IMG/VR virus record: IMGVR_UViG_3300042922_000836
Span: 32,001-96,000 of that record
DNA length: 64,000 bases
Direction: 5' to 3' (one strand)
Source of the DNA: a virus
Shown here: piece after piece, positions 10,039 to 17,591 of the stretch
Position numbering within the stretch: position 1 is the stretch's first letter
How the letters are laid out: each line of letters opens with the position of its first letter
Notes under the pieces: generated by a model
The model's database searches: none
What the model saw: the letters and a program-made list of their open reading frames with translations, nothing else
What the model was told of the DNA's origin: nothing
Translations under genes and position numbers: made by a program

Positions 10039-11001
10039 ATGGCTTTAATAAAAAATTTACCTATTGGTACAATCGTTAAGGATGTCAATACAAAATATTA
10101 TGGAGTGCCTATAAATTTCATAGTTTTAGACCACAATCATTCAGGATATCCAGATAATTCAACCACTTTATTTGCAGAAAAATCATTCAGATTTATATTT
10201 GTTGATGGAACTGAGTTAGGTGGTGGATCAAGAGGTAGTAACGGTAGTAACCGATGGAAATTTTCAAATTTAAGACAATGGTTAAATAAAGATTGTCTTC
10301 CTTGGTGGGTAGCAACACATCCTGATGATAGACCACCCGCTATAGCATATTCAGTTCCTACTTATCGAAATGTTTATGATACTGAGATAGGATTTCTTTC
10401 CAACTTATCACAAGAAATGAGAGATGCAATGTTCTCAACATCATATACTGTAGCAAAAGCTACATTTGATGGTGGTGGAGTGGAAGTCTTACAAGATTTA
10501 ATTTTTTTATTATCAAGAACTGAATTGGGTTTAGGTAATGAAATAACAAATTCTCCAGAGGGTGTTGCCTTTTCATATTTTAATTCAAATATAAAAAGAA
10601 TTGGTTATTATACTCCAGAGGCGGGTATTAATTCTTATAAAACACCAAACACATCATCTAATAATAGCTATTGGATTAGAACACCCGCATTAGGTTATGA
10701 ATATCAAACTCGTGTTATAAATTCTGGTGGTCTTACACCAACATATGGTGAAGCTTGTTTTAGTGGTTTAACAGGGTTAAGACCAGCATTAAATATTTCT
10801 TCAGATACTTTAGTTTCAGATGTCGTAAATGAAGATGGTTCATATACACTTTTTAGTGGTGGTGTAACTACTCCTACATCAAACATTCAAGTAAAAATGA
10901 ATGGAATTATATATACCAATACACAAGCATTTGTTAATGTAAATGGTGTGTGGAAACAAGGAGAAGTCTTTGCTAATGTAAACGGTTTATGGAAGAAATA
11001 G
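10039..11001 (+). CDS. DUF6273-like putative receptor-binding/tip protein
   Basis: 'SNLRQWLN', 'IFLLSRTE', 'YWIRTP', 'GLRPALN' motifs; C-terminal VNGVWK repeats. Confidence 0.7.
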   Translation: MALIKNLPIGTIVKDVNTKYYGVPINFIVLDHNHSGYPDNSTTLFAEKSFRFIFVDGTELGGGSRGSNGSNRWKFSNLRQWLNKDCLPWWVATHPDDRPPAIAYSVPTYRNVYDTEIGFLSNLSQEMRDAMFSTSYTVAKATFDGGGVEVLQDLIFLLSRTELGLGNEITNSPEGVAFSYFNSNIKRIGYYTPEAGINSYKTPNTSSNNSYWIRTPALGYEYQTRVINSGGLTPTYGEACFSGLTGLRPALNISSDTLVSDVVNEDGSYTLFSGGVTTPTSNIQVKMNGIIYTNTQAFVNVNGVWKQGEVFANVNGLWKK

Positions 11002-11008
11002 AAAGGAA

Positions 11009-11389
11009 TTGCACATGGACAAGCCTGAAATAAAGAAAAGGAAAAGAAAAAAGAAGAACAAAAAACCTAAAATAGAATTTACAAAATTGCTTGTTGCTAT
11101 CGTAAACATATTCGGAATTTTATGGGTAGAACAATCATACATACTTGCCTTTATGGGATATGACAGTAACTCCGAAGTTACTGTCACAATTGTTTCTGCC
11201 CTACTTGGAGTTGTTAATTCAGGCTATTTCCTAAAAAGTTTTGGCGAAAAAAATAGCATGAATAAATTTAATTATCATGAAGATTTTGATTATGACGATG
11301 TTGAAATTGTTAATGAAGATGCAGATATTCCTTTAGAATCATTTAATGAAATACCTGAATCTGCGATAACACAGAAAGGAGAAATGTAA
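11009..11389 (+). CDS. Membrane protein, putative holin/antiholin
   Basis: Basic N-terminus, two hydrophobic segments, directly upstream of the endolysin. Confidence 0.5.
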   Translation: MHMDKPEIKKRKRKKKNKKPKIEFTKLLVAIVNIFGILWVEQSYILAFMGYDSNSEVTVTIVSALLGVVNSGYFLKSFGEKNSMNKFNYHEDFDYDDVEIVNEDADIPLESFNEIPESAITQKGEM

Positions 11390-12168
11390 TGGTAATAATC
11401 AATAAACCTACTACAAATAAATATTCAAGAGATGGTAATATACCTGACATGATATGTTGTCATCAGACTTCTGGAACTAAAGCAAGTTCTGCCTTAAACT
11501 GGTTTTTAGATAAATTAAGTTTTACTTCTGCAAACTTTTTGGTAGACCAAGATGGTACGATTTATCAATGTGTTCCGATAAATTATGGTGCTTGGTGTAA
11601 TGGAAATAAAATAAAATTGTCTGAAATAAATGAATCCAATCACTATACAAAATCGTTAAATCCGATTATACGCAGTAGAAAAATTAATGCAAATAAATAT
11701 ACTGTTTCCATTGAGTTTGTACATAAAGGATTAGGAGATATAACAGACAAACAGAAAGAATCTGGTCTGTGGTTGATGAAATACATAATAGCTGAGATCA
11801 AAAGAATTTATAATTATGACTTCATCATAGATAGACAACACATCATAGGTCACTATGAAATTAGTCCTGTTAAAAAGGCGGGATGTGCTGGGAAATTGTT
11901 TCCCTACGATTATTTTATTAACGGTTTAAAAGGTAATGAACCTGTAAAAATACCTGTAAAAGTTAATAATATTATTGAAATTGGAGATAAAGTTGAATAT
12001 GCTGGAGCAATTTTTACAAATAGTTTAGGCGAATGTAAATCATGTAAAGGTTATAGAACAGGCACAGGAATTGTTAATGATATTAATGACAATAAAGCTG
12101 GTTATCTTATTGATGGTCAAGATAAAGGCTGGTTTAAAAAAGAAAGTTTAAAGGAGATACAAAAATGA
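11389..12168 (+). CDS. Endolysin, N-acetylmuramoyl-L-alanine amidase (Amidase_2)
   Basis: CHQT...SANFLVDQDGTIYQCV...AW...SIEF...IIGHYE...C amidase_2 motifs. Confidence 0.85.
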   Translation: MVIINKPTTNKYSRDGNIPDMICCHQTSGTKASSALNWFLDKLSFTSANFLVDQDGTIYQCVPINYGAWCNGNKIKLSEINESNHYTKSLNPIIRSRKINANKYTVSIEFVHKGLGDITDKQKESGLWLMKYIIAEIKRIYNYDFIIDRQHIIGHYEISPVKKAGCAGKLFPYDYFINGLKGNEPVKIPVKVNNIIEIGDKVEYAGAIFTNSLGECKSCKGYRTGTGIVNDINDNKAGYLIDGQDKGWFKKESLKEIQK

Positions 12169-12533
12169 ATATTGGAATAATTATAGAAAACTGGTGGATA
12201 TTTGCTTTAATTGCGGGTGCGTGTTTTGGTGCGGGTATGTGGGTACATAATTTTATGTTATTGCCTATAGAGGAAAAGAAAAAAAGAATTGGTGCATTTT
12301 TACTTGGCTTAATGATACAGGCAGAAGATAAATTTAAATCTGCTGAAGGACAAGCACGTTTTGAAATTGTTCTACAGTGGTTTTACGCACAATGTCCAAA
12401 ATGGCTACAAGGAGTTTTTACATACGATGATTTAAGAAAATTTGCACAAGAAATTTTTGATAATAAAAAAGTTGTTATAGAATCGGCAGTAAAAAAGACT
12501 GAGGAAGCTAAGACAGAAGTAGCAGAAAAATAA
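12165..12533 (+). CDS. Putative holin
   Basis: N-terminal TM helix, 'IQAEDKF...GQARFEIV' holin-like tail, ATGA overlap with the lysin. Confidence 0.6.
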   Translation: MNIGIIIENWWIFALIAGACFGAGMWVHNFMLLPIEEKKKRIGAFLLGLMIQAEDKFKSAEGQARFEIVLQWFYAQCPKWLQGVFTYDDLRKFAQEIFDNKKVVIESAVKKTEEAKTEVAEK

Positions 12534-12539
12534 TTCTTT

Positions 12540-12571
12540 AGGGATATACAGAAATGTATATCCTTTTTTTT
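12540..12571 (+). terminator. Terminator of the late/lysis operon
   Basis: GGATATACA-GAAA-TGTATATCC followed by a T run. Confidence 0.85.
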
Positions 12572-12581
12572 ACAAAATCTA

Positions 12582-12610
12582 TTGACAAATGGTAATATAT
12601 AAATTATAAT
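12582..12610 (+). promoter_or_regulatory. Consensus sigma-A promoter
   Basis: TTGACA(12582)-17 bp-TATAAT(12605). Confidence 0.85.
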
Positions 12611-12616
12611 ATTGAT

Positions 12617-12683
12617 ACAATTTGTTAAGTGGAATCCCAACTCCCTTTTTATGAGCATACAGAAAATGTATGCTCTTTTTTTT
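12617..12683 (+). ncRNA. Candidate ~65-nt small RNA
   Basis: Lies between a perfect promoter and an intrinsic terminator, has no ORF, and contains the anti-SD-like tract CCCAACTCCCTTTTT. Confidence 0.6.
12653..12683 (+). terminator. Terminator of the candidate sRNA
   Basis: GAGCATACA-GAAAA-TGTATGCTC followed by a T run. Confidence 0.85.
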
Positions 12684-12685
12684 AC

Positions 12686-12714
12686 TTGATTTCTTATGTA
12701 AAATATGTTATAAT
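12686..12714 (+). promoter_or_regulatory. Sigma-A promoter for the moron
   Basis: TTGATT-17 bp-TATAAT with an extended TG. Confidence 0.75.
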
Positions 12715-12737
12715 GTTTCCATTATTTTATGTAAAGG

Positions 12738-14162
12738 ATGATAAAGATAAAAAAAGAAGTTGATTTTGAAACTATACCTTTTATTTGTGAATCACTTGCG
12801 ATTATAGATAAAATTCGCATTGACATCGACAGATTTTATGAAACAAATAAAATTGTATTTTATAATTATGCGAAAAACAGTAAATGGTATAATTGCTCTT
12901 TATTTTCTGAGGGTTCTATTTTACACGAAGAAACTTGTAGGAAGGTATTGGGCATAATGGAAAGCGAAGATGAAACACATCCTACAATGCAAATGGTATT
13001 ATATTTTTGTGATAAAGGTTATCATGATGTTTTTAATTATGTACAAACACATAATGAAATTTACGTAAATGAATATACAAAGCATTTATCCAAAAAGAAA
13101 AATGTTGAAAATATAAATGATGATTATATCAATGGAAGTATTACCATTCTTATATTTCTCGCAAATAGTTTTGAAAAGCCAATTAAAAATGATAATATGC
13201 TTAAAGTTTATGTGGATGCAATGTTAAGAAGGCTTAATAGATTTGCTGAATCACCTATAACATCAAAAATTATAAAGGAAGAAAGTAAAGCAAAAATACA
13301 ACAGTATAAAGATATTCTCTTTGAAAAGTACGGTAACTTTCGCAATTATAATAAAAGTGTTTTAAACGAAAGAAGTTATTATGAAAATATCATATTTGAT
13401 ATGGAGAGGATTTCTTATGTCACTTTATTAAATGATGGGTTGGAAATAACATCGGAAGAATTTAATATTTTATTGTTTTTTGCATGGGAGAATTTTAACG
13501 GTGTTGATTTAACTGCTGACCAATTATTCGATTTCCTTGTTCCTAAAATGGATATTTTGTTTTTATTAAAAGCTTATAGAGATGGTAAAAAGCTTTACTT
13601 TAAAAACAATAAAGAAACAATGTTTGTTGATCTTCAAATGATTAATTTACAGCTTACAACTTTAATTGATGATTATGAAAAAAAGAAAAAAGAAATTGAT
13701 AATTTAAATGATATAGTTTCCAAAAAGGATAAAGAAATTGAAAAGCTAAGAGCCGAATTAGAGGAATCAAAAGCAAATGACAATGAATTAATTGCCTTGC
13801 GAAACTTAATGTTTACACAGGAACATAAAGAAAATAATGAGGTTTCAGATGTTGTAAATGATGTCGCTAAAGTTCAGTTAGAGAGCATTAAAGGGTGCTT
13901 TATTGGGGGTAATGAAAGTTTACAGACAAAGCTTAAACCTATCTTAAAAAGCACTGTATTCCTTAATATGAACAACCTTAATTTCGATGTAAATGTATTG
14001 AATGTTGATTATATTTTTATCTACACAGATTGTCTTAATCATGCTATGTATTATAAAGTTATTGATTATATTCGGAGTAAAAACATTAAACTTTTATATA
14101 TAAACAACCGAAATATAGATATAATCAAAAACGAAATAAATAAATTTATTATGAAAATATGA
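12738..14162 (+). CDS. Moron protein: coiled coil plus C-terminal DUF2325-like domain
   Basis: Coiled coil near aa 300-355, then 'CFIGG...IFIYTDCLNHAMYYKV', characteristic of DUF2325. Confidence 0.6.
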   Translation: MIKIKKEVDFETIPFICESLAIIDKIRIDIDRFYETNKIVFYNYAKNSKWYNCSLFSEGSILHEETCRKVLGIMESEDETHPTMQMVLYFCDKGYHDVFNYVQTHNEIYVNEYTKHLSKKKNVENINDDYINGSITILIFLANSFEKPIKNDNMLKVYVDAMLRRLNRFAESPITSKIIKEESKAKIQQYKDILFEKYGNFRNYNKSVLNERSYYENIIFDMERISYVTLLNDGLEITSEEFNILLFFAWENFNGVDLTADQLFDFLVPKMDILFLLKAYRDGKKLYFKNNKETMFVDLQMINLQLTTLIDDYEKKKKEIDNLNDIVSKKDKEIEKLRAELEESKANDNELIALRNLMFTQEHKENNEVSDVVNDVAKVQLESIKGCFIGGNESLQTKLKPILKSTVFLNMNNLNFDVNVLNVDYIFIYTDCLNHAMYYKVIDYIRSKNIKLLYINNRNIDIIKNEINKFIMKI

Positions 14163-14175
14163 AAGAGGTTTAATT

Positions 14176-14499
14176 ATGAAAAAATATAAAGATTTAGATA
14201 TTGATGAAAAAGAAGAAATAAGAAAGAATGGTCAAAGACCAGTTTCATGTGATAAGTGTGGTTATGAATGGATAATGGACAGTAGAGAATTATTAAAAAT
14301 ATTAAGTGAAAAAAAAGATCCTTGTCCTTGGTGTTCAAGAGAGGCAGAAAAATATATACCTAAATGTCCGACTTGCCAATCCCCTGATGTTAAAAAATTA
14401 ACCAACACACAAAAGGCAGTTTCGGCTGGAATGTTTGGATTATTTAGTGGTAGAGTAAAGAAAACGTTCCATTGTAACGGTTGCGGGTATGAATGGTAA
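14176..14499 (+). CDS. Zinc-ribbon protein
   Basis: Four CxxC pairs; 'PKCPTCQS...GLFSG...FHCNGCGYEW'. Confidence 0.7.
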   Translation: MKKYKDLDIDEKEEIRKNGQRPVSCDKCGYEWIMDSRELLKILSEKKDPCPWCSREAEKYIPKCPTCQSPDVKKLTNTQKAVSAGMFGLFSGRVKKTFHCNGCGYEW

Positions 14500-14532
14500 T
14501 ATTGCACAAAGTCTAAAAAACATAGTAAAAAT

Positions 14533-14568
14533 GAGGGTTTGGACAATTTTCCAAATCCTCTTTTTTTT
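14533..14568 (+). terminator. Terminator of the moron operon
   Basis: GAGGGTTTGGA...TCCAAATCCTC followed by T8. Confidence 0.8.
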
Positions 14569-14616
14569 CATCCTATTAATATTTTGCCACCAGTGACAGG
14601 AAATATATAGGATGAA
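14567..14616. other. Predicted attP of the serine integrase
   Basis: 50-bp site bounded by the perfect inverted repeat TTCATCCTAT/ATAGGATGAA, centred on 14591-14592. The minus-strand core CCTGTCACTGGTG encodes the CHW of the yyaL TCHWC motif. It lies about 360 bp from the integrase stop. Confidence 0.75.
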
Positions 14617-14619
14617 CTT

Positions 14620-14781
14620 TTAGCTATACCCAATAGATAAGAAAACAGGCTTGTTTTCCAGTTTAGCTTTATTAAAAGCTTCAACTCCCCAAGGAAACCA
14701 ATCAACTGGATTATTTGCATGTTGTAATAGATAAGGTGACTTCTCCTTGGCTAATCTATTGGGTATATTAAATTCAATCAC
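14620..14781 (-). CDS. yyaL: 5' fragment (53 aa) of yyaL/SSP411-family thioredoxin-domain (DUF255) protein; missing from the ORF track
   Basis: Manual translation: [56 protein letters not shown] start with RBS AAAGGTGGTG. Confidence 0.9.
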   Translation of the reverse strand: MIEFNIPNRLAKEKSPYLLQHANNPVDWFPWGVEAFNKAKLENKPVFLSIGYS

Positions 14782-14868
14782 ATTAATCACCACCTTTAAT
14801 TTTAGAATAATTTTAATATATCCGTATTAATAAAAATTAAACTAAAATACAATGGAAACAATAAAATT

Positions 14869-14897
14869 ATAATATCATATAATATTATTTCTGTCAA
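14869..14897 (-). promoter_or_regulatory. Promoter driving the yyaL 5' fragment toward attP
   Basis: TTGACA-17 bp-TATTAT with an extended TG. Confidence 0.65.
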
Positions 14898-14919
14898 TAA
14901 AAATACTTTTTTATACAAC

Positions 14920-14950
14920 AAAAAACCATCTTATTACATTAAGATGGTTT
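14920..14950 (-). terminator. Integrase terminator
   Basis: AAACCATCTTA...TAAGATGGTTT hairpin with a T run on the minus strand. Confidence 0.75.
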
Positions 14951-14980
14951 AATTTAAATTTTAAATTTGTGTTATTAATA

Positions 14981-16501
14981 TTATTTAAATTTTACTTCAA
15001 CTGAAACATTATCACCTATTCTTGTATAAATAATTTTTTCAATAATTGATTTATAACATTTGTTTTTTTCTTCACCTGATAGACTATCATCATTTAATTT
15101 ATTCAAGGTATTAATTAAATTTTCATATTTTAATTCTAATGATTTTATATCTATTTTTTGTTTTTCGATTTGCAAACCTTTTAATTTAATGGTTAATTCT
15201 TCTGATTCATTTTCGTAGTTTTTTTTCTTTCCCATATATTGGTCAAAAGTATAACCACCATTATCATAAGCATATGATACTCTTTCTAATGTTTTTTTAA
15301 TTTGTTGTAAATTTTGATTTATATCAATAATTTGTTTATCGATATTTTTATTTAATGAATCAGTATTTCTATTTTTAAGTTTTTCTTGTATTTCTTCTTT
15401 ATAATTTAAAATGTTTTGATTTAAAATAGGATATATTTCTTTTGTTGCTAAACCACTGTTTGTACATTTTTCTCCCATATGACTTTTATGTTGACAAGTT
15501 TCTATATACTCAGAACCACCTCTAACTCCAATTGACATACCATAACCACATAATCCGCATTTTAATAATTTACTTAAAGGTTTTATGATAATGTATTCTC
15601 TTCTTGGAATACATTTCAATCTTTGTTTATGAAGCATAATTAAATCATGTTCCTCTTGTGTTTTTACTGCCTCATGACAATTTTCAATTACTAACCATTC
15701 ACTTTTAGGTAACTGTTTTACCCCAATTGAATCAGGTTTTCTTTTATGGTAATCTCCTTTTGTTTTATTGGATATGATTTTACCTAAATGAGTTTCATTA
15801 AATAATAATCTTCTAACAACTGTATTAGTCCAAAATTTCCCTTTAGGTGAGAGAATATGATTTTTATTTAATTCAATAGAAATTGTTTCTGGAGATTTAT
15901 TTTCCTTAATAAAAGAATCAATAATAAATCTATACACTTTTAATTTATCATCATTTATAACTAAACCTTTATGTTTATATCTATTTCCCCATTTTTCATA
16001 TTCATATGGATATGGTGGTGTACCATTAGTCCACATTCCTAATTTTGCACCTATTTTCTTTCCTTGAGATAATCTTTTTACTATTTGTTTATATTCTGAA
16101 CGTGCCATAAAACTTCTAAAATCAACTTGAAATTCATCATTATCAATGCTTAAATTATAAATTTGTTGTGGTGTTATAATAACAGTATCAGATTTAATAA
16201 AAGCTTTTTTAATTCTATCTTGATCGCCCATATCACCTCTACCTAAACGGTCAATATCAACTACTGCAACTGCATCAAAATCTTCTTCTTCAATATCTTT
16301 TAAAAGTCTTTGAAATACAGGTCGAGCATAAATACTATCACCTGAACCGATTTCAATGTATTCAACTGTTACATAACCTCTACCATCACATAGACTTTTT
16401 AATATAGTTCTGTGTTTTTCCAAATCTGTATCGATATCACCACGAGATTTTCTTAAATACATTGCTACATACTTAATAATTTTGTCTTCTTTTTTTTCCA
16501 T
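14981..16501 (-). CDS. Large serine recombinase (phage integrase)
   Basis: YLRKS catalytic motif, DRLGR, recombinase domain, CGLCG zinc ribbon, coiled coil. Confidence 0.95.
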   Translation of the reverse strand: MEKKEDKIIKYVAMYLRKSRGDIDTDLEKHRTILKSLCDGRGYVTVEYIEIGSGDSIYARPVFQRLLKDIEEEDFDAVAVVDIDRLGRGDMGDQDRIKKAFIKSDTVIITPQQIYNLSIDNDEFQVDFRSFMARSEYKQIVKRLSQGKKIGAKLGMWTNGTPPYPYEYEKWGNRYKHKGLVINDDKLKVYRFIIDSFIKENKSPETISIELNKNHILSPKGKFWTNTVVRRLLFNETHLGKIISNKTKGDYHKRKPDSIGVKQLPKSEWLVIENCHEAVKTQEEHDLIMLHKQRLKCIPRREYIIIKPLSKLLKCGLCGYGMSIGVRGGSEYIETCQHKSHMGEKCTNSGLATKEIYPILNQNILNYKEEIQEKLKNRNTDSLNKNIDKQIIDINQNLQQIKKTLERVSYAYDNGGYTFDQYMGKKKNYENESEELTIKLKGLQIEKQKIDIKSLELKYENLINTLNKLNDDSLSGEEKNKCYKSIIEKIIYTRIGDNVSVEVKFK

Positions 16502-16539
16502 AACTATTCACTCCATCCTCACATGTATATTGTATAATT

Positions 16540-16568
16540 ATTATATAACATTTATTGTCATGTGTCAA
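16540..16568 (-). promoter_or_regulatory. Integrase promoter
   Basis: TTGACA-17 bp-TATAAT, overlapping the end of the upstream small ORF. Confidence 0.75.
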
Positions 16569-16740
16569 GTAGTTTAGTTGATGTTTTTATTGTTATTTGA
16601 TATAAACAATCAGCAAGAGCCTCTAAACCCTTATCAGATGGGTGATTACTTTTATATGTAAAATTTAAAGATTTTCCTTTTGTGTAAATTACTTTCTGAA
16701 TAAACATTCCATTATTATCATTTTTCTCTATATTATCCAT
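16558..16740 (-). CDS. Small protein, candidate recombination directionality factor
   Basis: 60 aa with a good RBS, immediately upstream of the integrase. Function inferred from position only. Confidence 0.35.
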   Translation of the reverse strand: MDNIEKNDNNGMFIQKVIYTKGKSLNFTYKSNHPSDKGLEALADCLYQITIKTSTKLLDT

Positions 16741-16801
16741 TAATATTTCCTTTCAATAATCGAGGATGGACATTAAATCCACCCTCAATATGTATTCCTT
16801 T

Positions 16802-17302
16802 CTATTTACCGCTTGATCCTAACATTCCTGAACCACGTTTTGATTCGATTTTTAAAAGTTCCTCATAAGGTACTACATTAACTTTTACTTTAAATACAGG
16901 TAAAAATAAAGCCTGTGCTATTGCTTTTTCATATGGATAAATGATTCCACTTTCGGTAGGTATGTTACCCTTTTTATTAATTATTATAGGCATACTGTTA
17001 CCATTATATATAAGTACAAACCATTCACCTCTAAAACCACTATCAATTACACCAGCATTAACTTTCATATTCTTAATTCCTGTGCTACCTCTTTCTCTAA
17101 AAACAGCACAATAATCTTCTGTAAAAGCTGATGCTAAACCTGTGGGGATAAGCATTGAAGTGAGAGGATTAATTATCATACACCCCTCCTCAAAGCAAGG
17201 ATATATATCCCATCCGCCATTTTCATCCTCTTTAGATGGTACAATTGCATTTGGTTTTACTTGTGAAAAAGTTACATTTACTTCTATATTATTAATTAAC
17301 AT
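16802..17302 (-). CDS. dut: Trimeric dUTPase
   Basis: GWDIY, RGSTG, AGVIDSGFRGE, IAQ and RGSGMLGSSG motifs. Confidence 0.93.
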   Translation of the reverse strand: MLINNIEVNVTFSQVKPNAIVPSKEDENGGWDIYPCFEEGCMIINPLTSMLIPTGLASAFTEDYCAVFRERGSTGIKNMKVNAGVIDSGFRGEWFVLIYNGNSMPIIINKKGNIPTESGIIYPYEKAIAQALFLPVFKVKVNVVPYEELLKIESKRGSGMLGSSGK

Positions 17303-17303
17303 A

Positions 17304-17591
17304 TTATTTTACTTCCTTTCTATTATCTATACCACGTATAGCTTGTGGAACACCATCATTTAAATTACAAGTTATTTTCACATCATTAGAAGTGTTAGAA
17401 TCTAATTTATTTATTGATGCTTTTGTATAAGTAACACCTGTTTCAATTGGATTTATATAGGGTAACGGAGTTGACCAAGGAAATATATTTGGCTTATCTT
17501 CTGTTTCCTCTATCCATTCTGTGGTAGTTTTTTTTATTAATTTTCCATCATTATTAAATTCTTCTATTGTTTCTTTAGTTATGTTTTTCAT
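17304..17591 (-). CDS. Hypothetical protein
   Basis: Likely start MKNITKE at 17591. Confidence 0.5.
   Translation of the reverse strand: MKNITKETIEEFNNDGKLIKKTTTEWIEETEDKPNIFPWSTPLPYINPIETGVTYTKASINKLDSNTSNDVKITCNLNDGVPQAIRGIDNRKEVK

Noticed and set aside
10600-11001. DUF6273-like C-terminus (YWIRTP...GLRPAL) as a diversity-generating retroelement target
   Set aside because: No reverse transcriptase and no adenine-variant template repeat seen in this window; they could lie outside it.
12383-12658. Antisense ORF as a type I toxin opposite the sRNA
   Set aside because: It runs through a terminator, a promoter and the holin gene, and has no convincing promoter or RBS-start spacing.
12540-12683. 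Two similar hairpins as a mini-CRISPR or type III antitoxin repeat array
   Set aside because: Only two imperfect copies, each followed by a T run; better explained as terminators.
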